Shown here: in pieces, positions 24,781-35,619 of the stretch
Numbering within the stretch: the first letter of the stretch is position 1
How the letters are laid out: every line of letters starts with the position of its first letter
Assembly: GCF_004010195.1 (NCBI RefSeq)
Contig: NC_057720.1
Coordinates: forward strand, 16,250,491-16,308,728
From: Chiloscyllium plagiosum
Lineage: Eukaryota
Direction: 5' to 3'
DNA length: 58,238 nucleotides
Program-made: the position numbers and the translations under genes
Notes under the pieces: model-generated
Database searches by the model: none
Told to the model about the DNA's origin: nothing
What the model saw: only the letters and a program-made list of their open reading frames with translations

Positions 24781-26392
24781 CACATTGGTTACTTGTATGG
24801 TTCCTAATAAGCTCTACATTTTCCTTAATTATTCTCTGACTCCAGTTTTTTTTCAAAATTTTTGAGTTTTCCTTTATTCTACCTGTCAATGCTTCCTCCT
24901 TGTTTTCTGCACTTTGCACATCTCTGCACTTTTTATACTGCTCTGCCATATCGAGCTCTTAGTATTCATCATAAGCTTCTTTTTCTCTCGAAATCTTAAT
25001 CCTTATGTCCCTTGACATTCAGGGTTCAACAGTCTTGGTCCCACCTTTGCCTTTATGGGAACATAATTGCCCTTTAATCATGCAATTTCCTCCTTGAATG
25101 CCTCCCACTGCACTGATAGTTTTATTTGTAAGCAGCTGCTCCCAGTTCTCTTGGGTCAAATTGTACCTTGCCTTCACGAAATTAGCCTGTCCCAGTTTAG
25201 AACTTTAATTCCTGACCCATCTTTAACCTTTTCCATATGTATTCTAAATCCAATTGAGTTATGATCACTATTTCCCAATTGCTCCACTGCTAATATGCCT
25301 TCCACCTGATGGGCTCATTTCCAAAATTTAGGTCCAGAAATGCTCCATCCGCCTTTTTGGGCCTTCTCTATACTGGCTAAAAACAATTTCCTAGATGCAA
25401 TTTAAGAATTTGATCCTTCCCTATTGTAAAACCCTCCCAGTTAATATTTGGGTAGTCAAAATGCCCTACTATTTCTGCCTTGTTATTCTTAGACTGCTCT
25501 GAAATTTGATTACATATTTGATCCTCTATCTGTCCCTGGCTGTTTAGGTGCTAGTAGTACACACCACACACACACCTGTGTTTGCTCCTTTTGTGCCTTT
25601 TACTTCTACCCATATGGCCTCTTTGATGATCCGTTCCATGGTAGCATCCCTTCTCACTGCTGTAACCAATTCCATGATCAATATCGCAAAACCCCTCCTT
25701 CACTATACCACTCTCTATCTTGTCTCGCTATCCAATAACCATGAATGTTGAGCTGCCAAGTCTGCCCATCTTTCAGCTAAGTTATAATCATAGCTTTGAT
25801 ATCACACTCCCATGTGTCTATCTGTGCATTCAGGTCATCTGTCTTATTCCTAAGACTCCTTGCATTAGGTATATTGCATTTAGCCTTGCTAAAATCATTT
25901 CTTTTCTATCTAGCCTATGTTTCCTCTGCCTTCCAAACTCAGACACTTGTGTTTAAATGTCTAATTCCATTTCTGCTTCTCTGTCCTCTGAACTACTTGT
26001 CAGAATTCCATCCTCCCTTCAATCGAGTTAAAATCCACCGCAACAGTATTGACAAACTTTATTCTGAGGATGTTGATCTCACTCCTGTTTAGATGTAACC
26101 TATCCAACTTGTGCAGTTCCCACCTCCTCCAGAAACAGTTCCTCAGGAATCTAAACCTCTCCTCCTGCACCATCTCTCAAGCTACACATTCATGTGCTCT
26201 ATTCTTCCATTTCTATACTCCCTACTGCAAGGCAGCAGGAGTACTCTGGGGTTTACTGTCTTTTAAGTCCTGCTTTACAATTTCCAACCTAACTCCCTAA
26301 AATCTGCTGACAGGACTTCATTTCCTATTGCTCCTGTCTATGTCCTGAAATATGCTACTGCAAAACCCTCAGCCTCGTGAATGCAATGCAGC

Positions 26393-29222
26393 ACCAAATC
26401 CCAGAGTTTGCATTGTTCCAAATCTCAGAGTTTGCATTGCTCCAAATCCCAGAATTTGCATTGCTCCAAATCCCAGAGTTTGTATTGTTCCGAATCGAAG
26501 AGTTTGGCATTGTTCCAAATCCCAGAGTTTGCATGCTCCAAATCGAAGAGTTTGCATTGCTCCAAATCCGAGAGTTTCCATTGCTCCAAATTCCAGAGTT
26601 TGCATGCTCCAAATCGAAGAGTTTGCATGCTCCAAATCCCAGCAATTGCATTGCTCCAAATCCCAGAGTTTGTATTGCTCCAAATCCCAGCAATTGCATT
26701 GCTCCAAATCCCAGAGTTTGTATTGCTCCAAATCCCAGAATTTGCATTGCTCCAAATCCCAGAGTTTCCTTTGCTCCAAATCTCAGAGTTTGCATACTCC
26801 AAAGCCCAGAGTTTGCATTGTTCCAAATCTGTGAGTTTGCATTGTTCCAAATCCCAGAGTTTGCAGTGTTCCAAATCTCAGAATTTGCATTGTTCCAAAT
26901 CTGTGAGTTTGCATTGTTCCAAATCTGTGAGTTTGCACTGTTCCAAATCCCAGAGTTTGCACTGTTCCAAATCCCAGAGTTTGCATTGTTCCAAATCCCA
27001 GAGTTTGCACTGTTCCAAATCTGAGAGTTTGCATTGTTCCAAATCCCAGAGTTTGCATTGTTCCAAATCTGAGAGTTTGCATTGTTCCAAATCCCAGAGT
27101 TTGCATTGTTCCAAATCTGTGAGTTTGCATTGTTCCAAATCCCAGAGTTTGCACTGTTGCAAATCTCAGAATTTGCATTGCTCCAAATCCCAGAGTTTGC
27201 AGTGTTCCAAATCTCAGAGTTTGCATTGTTCCAAATCCCAGAGTTTGCATTGTTGCAAATCTCAGAATTTGCATTGCTCCAAATCCCAGAGTTTGCAGTG
27301 TTCCAAATCTCAGAGTTTGCATTGTTCCAAATCCCAGAGTTTGCACTGTTGCAAATCTCAGAATTTGCATTGCTCCAAATCCCAGAGTTTGCAGTGTTCC
27401 AAATCTCAGAGTTTGCATTGTTCCAAATCCCAGAGTTTGCACTGTTCCAAATCTGAGAGTTTGCATTGTTCCAAATCCCAGAGTTTGCACTGTTCCAAAT
27501 CTGAGAGTTTGCATTGTTCCAAATCCCAGAGTTTGCACTGTTCCAAATCTGAGAGTTTGCATTGTTCCAAATCCCAGAGTTTGCACTGTTCCAAATCTGA
27601 GAGTTTGCATTGTTCCAAATCCCAGAGTTTGCACTGTTCCAAATCTGAGAGTTTGCATTGTTCCAAATCCCAGAGTTTGCACTGTTCCAAATCTGAGAGT
27701 TTGCATTGTTCCAAATCCCAGAGTTTGCACTGTTCCAAATCTGAGAGTTTGCATTGTTCCAAATCCCAGAGTTTGCACTGTTCCAAATCTGAGAGTTTGC
27801 ATTGTTCCAAATCCCAGAGTTTGCACTGTTCCAAATCTGAGAGTTTGCATTGTTCCAAATCCCAGAGTTTGCACTGTTCCAAATCTGAGAGTTTGCATTG
27901 TTCCAAATCCCAGAGTTTGCACTGTTCCAAATCTGAGAGTTTGCATTGTTCCAAATCCCAGAGTTTGCACTGTTCCAAATCTGAGAGTTTGCATTGTTCC
28001 AAATCCCAGAGTTTGCACTGTTGCAAATCTCAGAATTTGCATTGCTCCAAATCCCAGAGTTTGCATTGTTCCAAATCTCAGAGTTTGCACTGTTGCAAAT
28101 CTCAGAATTTGCATTGCTCCAAATCCCAGAGTTTGCAGTGTTCCAAATCTCAGAGTTTGCATTGTTCCAAATCCCAGAGTTTGCACTGTTCCAAATCTGA
28201 GAGTTTGCATTGTTCCAAATCCCAGAGTTTGCACTGTTCCAAATCTGAGAGTTTGCATTGTTCCAAATCCCAGAGTTTGCACTGTTCCAAATCTGAGAGT
28301 TTGCATTGTTCCAAATCCCAGAGTTTGCACTGTTCCAAATCTGAGAGTTTGCATTGTTCCAAATCCCAGAGTTTGCACTGTTCCAAATCTGAGAGTTTGC
28401 ATTGTTCCAAATCCCAGAGTTTGCACTGTTCCAAATCTGAGAGTTTGCATTGTTCCAAATCCCAGAGTTTGCACTGTTCCAAATCTGAGAGTTTGCATTG
28501 TTCCAAATCCCAGAGTTTGCACTGTTCCAAATCTGAGAGTTTGCATTGTTCCAAATCCCAGAGTTTGCACTGTTCCAAATCTGAGAGTTTGCATTGTTCC
28601 AAATCCCAGAGTTTGCACTGTTCCAAATCTGAGAGTTTGCATTGTTCCAAATCCCAGAGTTTGCACTGTTCCAAATCTGAGAGTTTGCATTGTTCCAAAT
28701 CCCAGAGTTTGCACTGTTCCAAATCTGAGAGTTTGCATTGTTCCAAATCCCAGAGTTTGCACTGTTCCAAATTAAAGAGTTTGCACTGTTCCAAATTAAA
28801 GAGTTTGCATTGTTCCAAATCCCAGAGTTTGCATTGCTCCAAATCCCAGAGTTTGCATTGTTCCAAATCTCAGAGTTTGCATTGTTCCAAATCTCAGAAT
28901 TTGCATTGTTCCAAATCTCAGAATTTGCATTGTTCCAAAGCCCAGAGTTTGCATTGTTCCAAATTTCAGAGATTGCATTATTCCAAATCAAAGAGTTTGC
29001 ATGCTCCAAATCCCAGAGTTTGCATTGTTCTAAATGTGTGAGTTTGCATTGTTCCAAATCCCAGAGTTTGCACTGTTCCAAATTAAAGAGTTTGCACTGT
29101 TCCAAATTAAAGAGTTTGCATTGTTCCAAATCTGTGAGTTTGCATTGTTCCAAATCCCAGAGTTTGCATTGTTCCAAATCCCAGAGTTTGCACTGTTCCA
29201 AATCCCAGAGTTTGCATTGTTC
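26393..29222. repeat. 24-bp minisatellite, ~118 units (ccaaatcccagagtttgcattgtt) with higher-order structure
   Basis: Tandem array directly visible; homogeneous centre and degenerate ends including 22-bp units. Confidence 0.98.
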
Positions 29223-29339
29223 CTAAACCCAGTCCTTAAACTGCTTCAACACCTCCTGCACATATGGTCATCCAGACCCCTAGGAGTGTTGAGGATTTCC
29301 CTCATCATATAGGATGTGCAAACCGCTATACAGGAACTC

Positions 29340-29512
29340 CAAAGATGTGCAGGTCAGGTGAATTGGCCATGCTAAATTGCCCATAGTGTTAGGTACATTA
29401 GTTAGGGGTAAATATAGAGAGGAGGAATGGGTCTGGGTGGGTTACTCTTCAGAGTGTCAGTATGGACTTGGTGGGCCAAAAGTCCTGTTTCCAAACTGTA
29501 GAGCATCTAATC
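29340..29512 (+). mobile_element. 5'-truncated HE1-type SINE
   Basis: caaagatgtgcaggtcaggtgaattggccatgctaaattgccc...gggccaaaagtcctgtttcca; homologous to 23118-23313. Confidence 0.85.
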
Positions 29513-30709
29513 TTAACTCCCCAAACATTCCTCAACTAAATAAAATCTGGACCCTTGCCTTTACCATACCCTTACTTCTACTAAGTATAGACGAGAAAAT
29601 CTTATTTGTGCTTGTGTCCTGAGTACTACTCAGGTCTGCCCAGATCTGTATATTTCTCTGCAAGAATCCTTACCTTGCCCACTCCTTTCAGTGATGCTGA
29701 CTGCCTGACATAGTCCTCACCTCACCTGCTCCTCTCAGTGATGCTGACTGCTGTTTCCTCTCTATTTGCTGCTCTTCTCATAATAATATGGCCCTAACTA
29801 ATTTACAAGATTGGAGGGAGGGGGGAGTTTGACATGAAGGGAGAGATGGACAGTGAGTAAGAAGTGAAGAAACTTGCAGGGAAAATGAAGAGTTGATCAA
29901 AGAATGTTTCTAACAGTTTAGAAAGGGTGTGGAATAAAGAAGGCAGTTCACCAAAATAATTCCACTGAGCAGCAATGCAATGGCAAAAAGATTGATCCCA
30001 AGTATGGAATGAGAGAGGTCAGAAGAAACAATAATCCTGATCTAATGTGCACGCAATGTGAAAGGGAGAAAATGGTCTTCTCTCTGGCCTGTTTTACTTC
30101 TAATGGCATCTGGAGAATCAATAAAATTAAGCTTGAAAACTGACGTGAAGGTGCTGCAATGTATTTTACTACAAATCACACAAAAGCTCAATAAAATGTT
30201 ACTCACTAAATAGTGAGAAAACTATCCCAGAAAGACTGTCACTTTGCTGGGCAAAGTAACTGCATCTGAAGTTTTTTTTTATTTGATTAGTGGATTTACA
30301 TCAGAACAAATAATTTTGCTTCATGGATCAGTGAGCAATTGTCTTTTGTGGATAATAGGTGGCAGATACTGTAAAAGAACCAGACAAAAATTGTGCACTG
30401 GAGTGACAAGAGATGTGAAGGTTTTACAGTTAACAACATTAAAGGACAGAACAGCTGAGAAGATTATTGTGAGAACAGGAATAAAGAAAAACCGTTGATA
30501 GATGACAGCTGAGGTTGACAGGTGAAACTGAAAGAAACTGCCTTATGAAGCTCAAAGCAGCAAATTGTATTCAAACACATGAAATCCTATCTTTGTAGTT
30601 TGTTAACACCAAATTCTACTATCATTGCGCTAATACACAAAAACGTTTGAATTTAGATATATATTATGTATATATGTGATAAAGTTAGTTGGTGGGTGGA
30701 TACCGTGAA

Positions 30710-31275
30710 GTTCTGAGGAAGGGTCACTTAACCCAAAACGTTAACTCGGATTTCTCGCCACAAGTGTGGTGCTGGAAAAAGCACAGCGGGTCAGGCAGCA
30801 TCTGAGGAGCAGGAGAGTCGACATTTCGGGCAGGACCCTTCATCAGGACTGGGAAGGGGAAGGGGGCTGATAAATAAATATGGGGGGTAGGACGCTAGGG
30901 GAAAGATAGGTGGGATGGTGTGATAGGTGGGCGAAGGTAGAAGGCGATGGTGATAGGTTGGTGGGAAGTGTGGGGTGGACAGGTGGGAAGGAAGATGGAC
31001 AGACAGGTCAGGTCAAGAGGGTGGAGCTGAGTCAGAGGGTTGGATCTGGGATGGGGTGAGGTGAGGGGAGATTTGGAAACTGGTGAATTCAATGTTGAGG
31101 CCGTGTGGTTGTGGTTTCCCGAGGTGGAAGAAGAAGTGATCCTCCTCCAGTTTGCAGATGGCCATGTTGAGGCAGTGGAGGAGGCCCAGAATGGACATGG
31201 CTAGTTTCTCTCTACAGATGTTGCCAGGCCTGCTGAACTTTTCAAGAAATTTCTGTTTTTGTTTCGGATTTACAA
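30710..31275 (+). mobile_element. PLE pLTR (30710-30762 and 31205-31275) interrupted by a minus-strand PLE 3' fragment (30763-31200)
   Basis: pLTR halves rejoin at the duplicated tttctc(g/t)c(c/t)aca; the insert encodes ILGLLHC...KLEEDHFFFHLG..QPHGLNIEFT (GIY-YIG C-terminus). Confidence 0.8.
30815..30848 (-). ncRNA. Minimal hammerhead ribozyme motif (PLE type)
   Basis: Minus strand CUGAUGA-A-GGGUCCUGCCC-GAAA-UGUCGAC: core boxes, GGG/CCC stem II and short palindromic stem III. Confidence 0.65.
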
Positions 31276-31325
31276 ATTAAGGCTTGACCATTCAGACTGA
31301 TTAAAGAAAGCACTTCCTCACACAA

Positions 31326-31620
31326 AGATTAGATTCCCTACAGTGTGGAAACAGGCCCTTTGGCCCTCCAAGTCCACACCGACCCTCCAAAGAGTAACCC
31401 ACCCAAACACATTACATCACTATGGGCAACTTAGCATGGCCAATTCACCTGACCTGCAGTTCTTTGGACTGTGGGAAGAAACCAGAACACCTGGAGGAAA
31501 CTCGTGCAGATACGGGGAGAATGTGCAAACTCCATACAGGCAGTCGCCCTATGCTGGAATTGAACCCGGGTCCCTGGCGCTGCGAGGCAGCAGTGCTAAC
31601 CACTGAGCCACCGTGCCGCC
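31326..31620 (-). mobile_element. HE1-type tRNA-derived SINE
   Basis: Minus strand ggcggcacggtggctcagtggttagcactgctgcctcgcagcgccagggacccgggttcaattcc: intact A and B boxes. Confidence 0.95.
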
Positions 31621-32551
31621 CTAAGGAAGGGAAGCATCTAAAACTAGCTCTTAAAGCTTGAATTGAGAATTTAAAGACTGAGATTCATAGAATTATGGGA
31701 TCTGTCTTACAAAGCTCAACACAGTAAATAGTATTCAGACACGTGAAACCCAGTTCAGAATATGTCTTTTGTCTCATTGAGTCTGTATCACCAGCATTGT
31801 AACCATAGTGTAAAATAACAATTTACCGGGTTGGGGGCTTTGTGATAGACACGCCAGTTGAATTTTTCACCCTAGCTTTGCTTTTTGCACAGATTGTGAC
31901 ATTGGAGGGAAATTTGGCCACTCATCCCCTTGTGTAACTTGAACCCTGGCCTGCAGTCACATGGCTGAACCAATTTTTCAATTCTGAGGTAGTTGTGTGA
32001 TCATTACCCTCATTTCACTCGCTTGTCAATGGGAATGAAAATGCAATGGGATTTTGCTGATTATAACCAATGCTTCTAGTAGTCATTATTGTTGTACAAT
32101 TTGAATGCACTATCAACCATCGTTGCCCTCTAAATAGCTAAACAATCCAAGAGAAAACTGGAGCCTAATTGACACATATTTAAGATTTTATTTATGGTGG
32201 CACACATTACAAACATGTAGATCCATACTCAATGTCGACAATTACATTTTTAAAAAGTTAATGATTTTATGAAACGGGGAGCTGATTCATCCCTCCTCAC
32301 CAGGTTGTAACAAATCACAATCAATGAATCAGATCTAGGTTCCACAGTCCTGCCACATCCGTTCATAAATGGTGATGGATAATTAAACAATTAATTGGAG
32401 TTGAACAGTGACCCTCCCCATCCTCATTGATAGTGCAAGACTGAAATTTTTGTAGCCCTGTTCAGTCAGAAGTGTTGACTGGCGGATCCGGCTTGACCTC
32501 CTCCTGAAGTCTCCAACATCATAAGGATTGATCTTCATCCACTCTGATTCA

Positions 32552-32783
32552 CTTTCACATAGAAGGTGGTGTGTGTATGGAATGAGCTGCCAGAGAAAGT
32601 GGTGAATGCAGGTACAATTGCAACATTTAAAAGACATCTGGATGGGATATGAGTAGATAGGGTTTACAGGGATATGGGCAAAATGCTGACAAATGGGACT
32701 AGATTAATTTAGGATGTCTGGTCAGCATGGACAAGGTGGACTAAAGAGTCTGTTTCTGTGCTGTACATCTCTATGACTCAATG
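32552..32783 (+). mobile_element. HER1-like CR1 3' end
   Basis: RVVCVWNELPE...FKRHLDG; tail ctgtacatctctatgactc. Confidence 0.85.
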
Positions 32784-32941
32784 ACATCATATATCAAGGA
32801 ATGGCTGTAACCATTAGATAGTTTAAAGGCTATCTGCCCTGACGACATTCGGCTGTAGTACTAACAGCTTGTGCTCCAGAACCAGCTGTACCTTTAGCCT
32901 CGCCACAACACTGACATCTACCCAACAGAGCAACAAAAATT

Positions 32942-33179
32942 ATAAAAGCAAATTACTACAGATGCTGGAATCAGATTCCAGCATCCACAGTAATTTGCTT
33001 GTATCCAGTGTTTAACCCACTGCCACCTCTCCTCCAGGATTGCCTACCCTGAAGAAGTACTGCTCTTCTCTCCGACATGAGCTTTGACAAAGGGTCAGTT
33101 AGACTTGAAACATCAGCTCTTTTCTCTCCTTACAGATGCTGCCAGACCTGCTGAGAGTTTCCAGCATTTTCTCTTTTGG
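32942..33179 (+). mobile_element. PLE-derived mini-element with 27-bp-arm hairpin and 14-bp TSD
   Basis: Arms 32946-32972 and 32974-33000; pLTR tail at 33080-33179; gagcaacaaaaatt at 32928-32941 and 33180-33193. Confidence 0.75.
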
Positions 33180-33789
33180 GAGCAACAAAAATTGTTGGGG
33201 TATGTACAGTCCACTAAAAGCAAGGACAAATCCAACTTGACCGATTACCACCCATCAGTCTACTCTGAATCATTAGCAAAATGGTGGGAAGTGTCTTCCT
33301 TTCAAATATCTTCCTTTAGTTCAGCACTTACCTGTTGGGCATTTATCTAGGTTGAAGCAGCTCCAGAAAGGCACTCTGATGTTGATGAGCTACAGACATA
33401 TAACCCCAGCAAAGGCAAAGACCTGAAACATGATTGACCCTTAATTGTCACTGAAGTGGCCATTCAGTTGTACCAAACATTACAATCAGGTCATCTCAGA
33501 ATAGACAATAAATATCAGCATTGCCTGAGATGCTCAAATCCCAGGACTGAATTAAAGAAGAATCTGGCACAGTCTCTCAACTATCTCAATGTCAATATTA
33601 TTGAATGCTTCTTCTATTTCATGATATTTCTTATCAGAACTTCAGCATTAGGATTACGTACTTTCTATATAGTCAATGCAAGCACATGATTTAAGTCACA
33701 TCTGTTCTAATCAGGTGGTTATAAAAAATCTTTTTGCAAAGGGCAAAGAATTCCACCAATCATCCAGACTATACTGTTATTTGAGTGAA

Positions 33790-34590
33790 CAACAGTTGAA
33801 GGTCAGGAACATGTTGATAAAGCTGTTAAACTAACACATTTATGGCTTTATAGGTAGGTGCATAAAATACAAAAGGTCATGTTCAGTCCTTATAAATCAC
33901 TGGTTGAGCTTCAGTTACTGTACAGTGTCCATCTCAGGGCACCAGAATTTATGAAAGATATTGAAGCCTTGGAGTAGATGCAGGCAAGAGTAACAGGTTT
34001 GGCACCAGGGATGAGAGACTTCAGTTATGTGGAAAGACTCAAGAAGCTGGAATTGTTTTCATTAAAGCAGACAAAGTCAAATGATGATGGAATAGTGCAG
34101 CATGGTGGCTCAGTGCTTAGTGCTGCTGTCTCACAGCACTAGGAACCCAGGTTCAATTTCAGCCTCAGGCAACTGTCTGTGCAGAGTTTGCACATTCTCC
34201 CCGTGTCTGCGTGGGTTTCCTTCCACAGTCCAAAGATTTACAGGTTAGATGCACTGGCCGTGCTAAATTGTATCCAGGGATGCAGAGGCGAGGAGGATCA
34301 ACCATGGGAAATGTGGGGTTACAGGGGTTAGGTGAGATTCGCTTTGGAGGGTTGGTGTGCACTCGATGGGCCGAATGGCCTGCTTCCACGCAGTAAGGAT
34401 TCTAAGTGCAAAGTTATGAGGGATTTCGTTCATGCAACTAGCTTCCATTTTGTTAACAACCAGAAGACACAAGTTTACAACAATTAGTAAAAGTGAGATG
34501 AGGTGATTGTATTTTTAAACAGTGAGTTCTTCTGATGGAGAATATATTACTTGAAGGTTTGATGGAAGCAGATTCTACCATTTACCCACC
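33790..34590 (+). mobile_element. CR1 LINE 3' fragment (contains a SINE)
   Basis: YKSLV...KDIEALE..Q...PGMRDFSYVERLKKLELFSL motif. Confidence 0.75.
34095..34405 (+). mobile_element. HE1-type tRNA-derived SINE
   Basis: gcagcatggtggctcagtgcttagtgctgctgtctcacagc...aggttcaatttc head; tail gggccgaatggcctgcttccac. Confidence 0.9.
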
Positions 34591-35619
34591 TTAATTCCCG
34601 AGCCATTGATATTCTTAACTAAGAAAGATAACTGGTTTGGGTCTTGAATGCTCCAGATCACCCAGAAAAGAATTTCAGATTTCTCTTACCATTTGTGTAG
34701 ACAGAAGCTTCCTGATTTTATACTTGAATAATTCAGCTCGAATGGTAAGATTTTTAGGAAAAATCTTCCCAGTCCTGTAGAGGAGGTTAACCCTAACCTT
34801 AAACCCTAACCCTACTGCAGAGCAGGGATAAACTTTGAAGATAGCACAATAGGTCAGATCCTGGACATCTGGCTCATCTCTGGATGACTTGCTGGAGACA
34901 GGATCAATTCTACAGTGACAGATAGCCGATTGCAGATAAACTGGGATAAGACACTTCTGTTGCCAACTCTCTGGACAGCAGCATGAGCTCCTACTGAGGT
35001 GTAATACTAGCAGATACCTGGAGACAGACCAAGAGCATTGGGCCAAATGGGAGGGAAGTGGGTGTTATTTTTGCTTCCTATCATTCGTTAGTCCCTCATT
35101 AGTTAATCCATTGTGGTAAAAAGACTATAGCCTCAAGCAATCCTAATGACCTGATACCAGGGCCATTTTTTAAAAATTTGCGGACGTTTTAAGCAAGAGT
35201 TCATCTCAGTCACAGAGAAGGCCAACATGGACAGACCTGATACTAAGTGCAGCTGGCTTAAACTGGAAAGCTTGGGTGTTTGGTTAGTATGGGAATTCAG
35301 AGAAATGGAGGAAATAGATGAATGTTTGTTTATTCCTAGGCCATTTTGAGCACATTTTGAGCTGATTGGCCTGTAAGTGCTTAGTATAAAGGATTGTATA
35401 GAAGTGCTTGCTTAAGAAAACTAAATTGGAGAAGATTTATAAATGGAAAATACTAAAACTTTGATAGAGATACCTAAGATAGTTACCAGTTTATTAAAGA
35501 GCCTATGACCTTCAGTTCTACATGGTATCAGCATTTAATAGATATAGTAAAATTGCAGTTGGGAATAGCAATTAATTTCACGTGACTGATTAAATTAATG
35601 AATTGCATTTAACTAATTA

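Larger units (their letters stand above)
23400..29330 (-). mobile_element. Decayed CR1 LINE (ORF2 ~25790-23400; ORF1 ~29330-26040) with nested insertions and an internal minisatellite
   Basis: Minus strand: DFSKAF (~23650), GNSDHN (~25260), GGVLR/AVRR (~25690); ORF1 esterase C-terminus LERWCRRRG (~26150); ORF1 zinc finger CTSYMMREI...DHMCRRC (29250-29322). Confidence 0.8.
32340..33565 (+). mobile_element. Decayed LINE of a second CR1/L2-group family, interrupted by HER1 and PLE insertions
   Basis: LPILID, FSQKC, KAICPDDIRL, CAPEP, KDKSNLTDYHP; the 3' tail at 33480-33565 matches the reverse complement of 52390-52490. Confidence 0.7.

Noticed and set aside
26381..29041. 886-aa Cys/His-rich ORF as a zinc-finger or keratin-associated gene
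   Set aside because: Pure translation of the minisatellite; no C2H2 spacing and no unique termini
26393..29222. CRISPR-like array
   Set aside because: Units are contiguous with no unique spacers, there are no cas genes, and the context is a vertebrate genome
31560..31620. tRNA gene
   Set aside because: A and B boxes belong to the head of an HE1 SINE and continue into SINE core and LINE-derived tail
32383..32551. Apparent captured mRNA fragment upstream of a HER1 3' end
   Set aside because: On the plus strand it reads as part of the second-family LINE ORF2 (LPILID, FSQKC)
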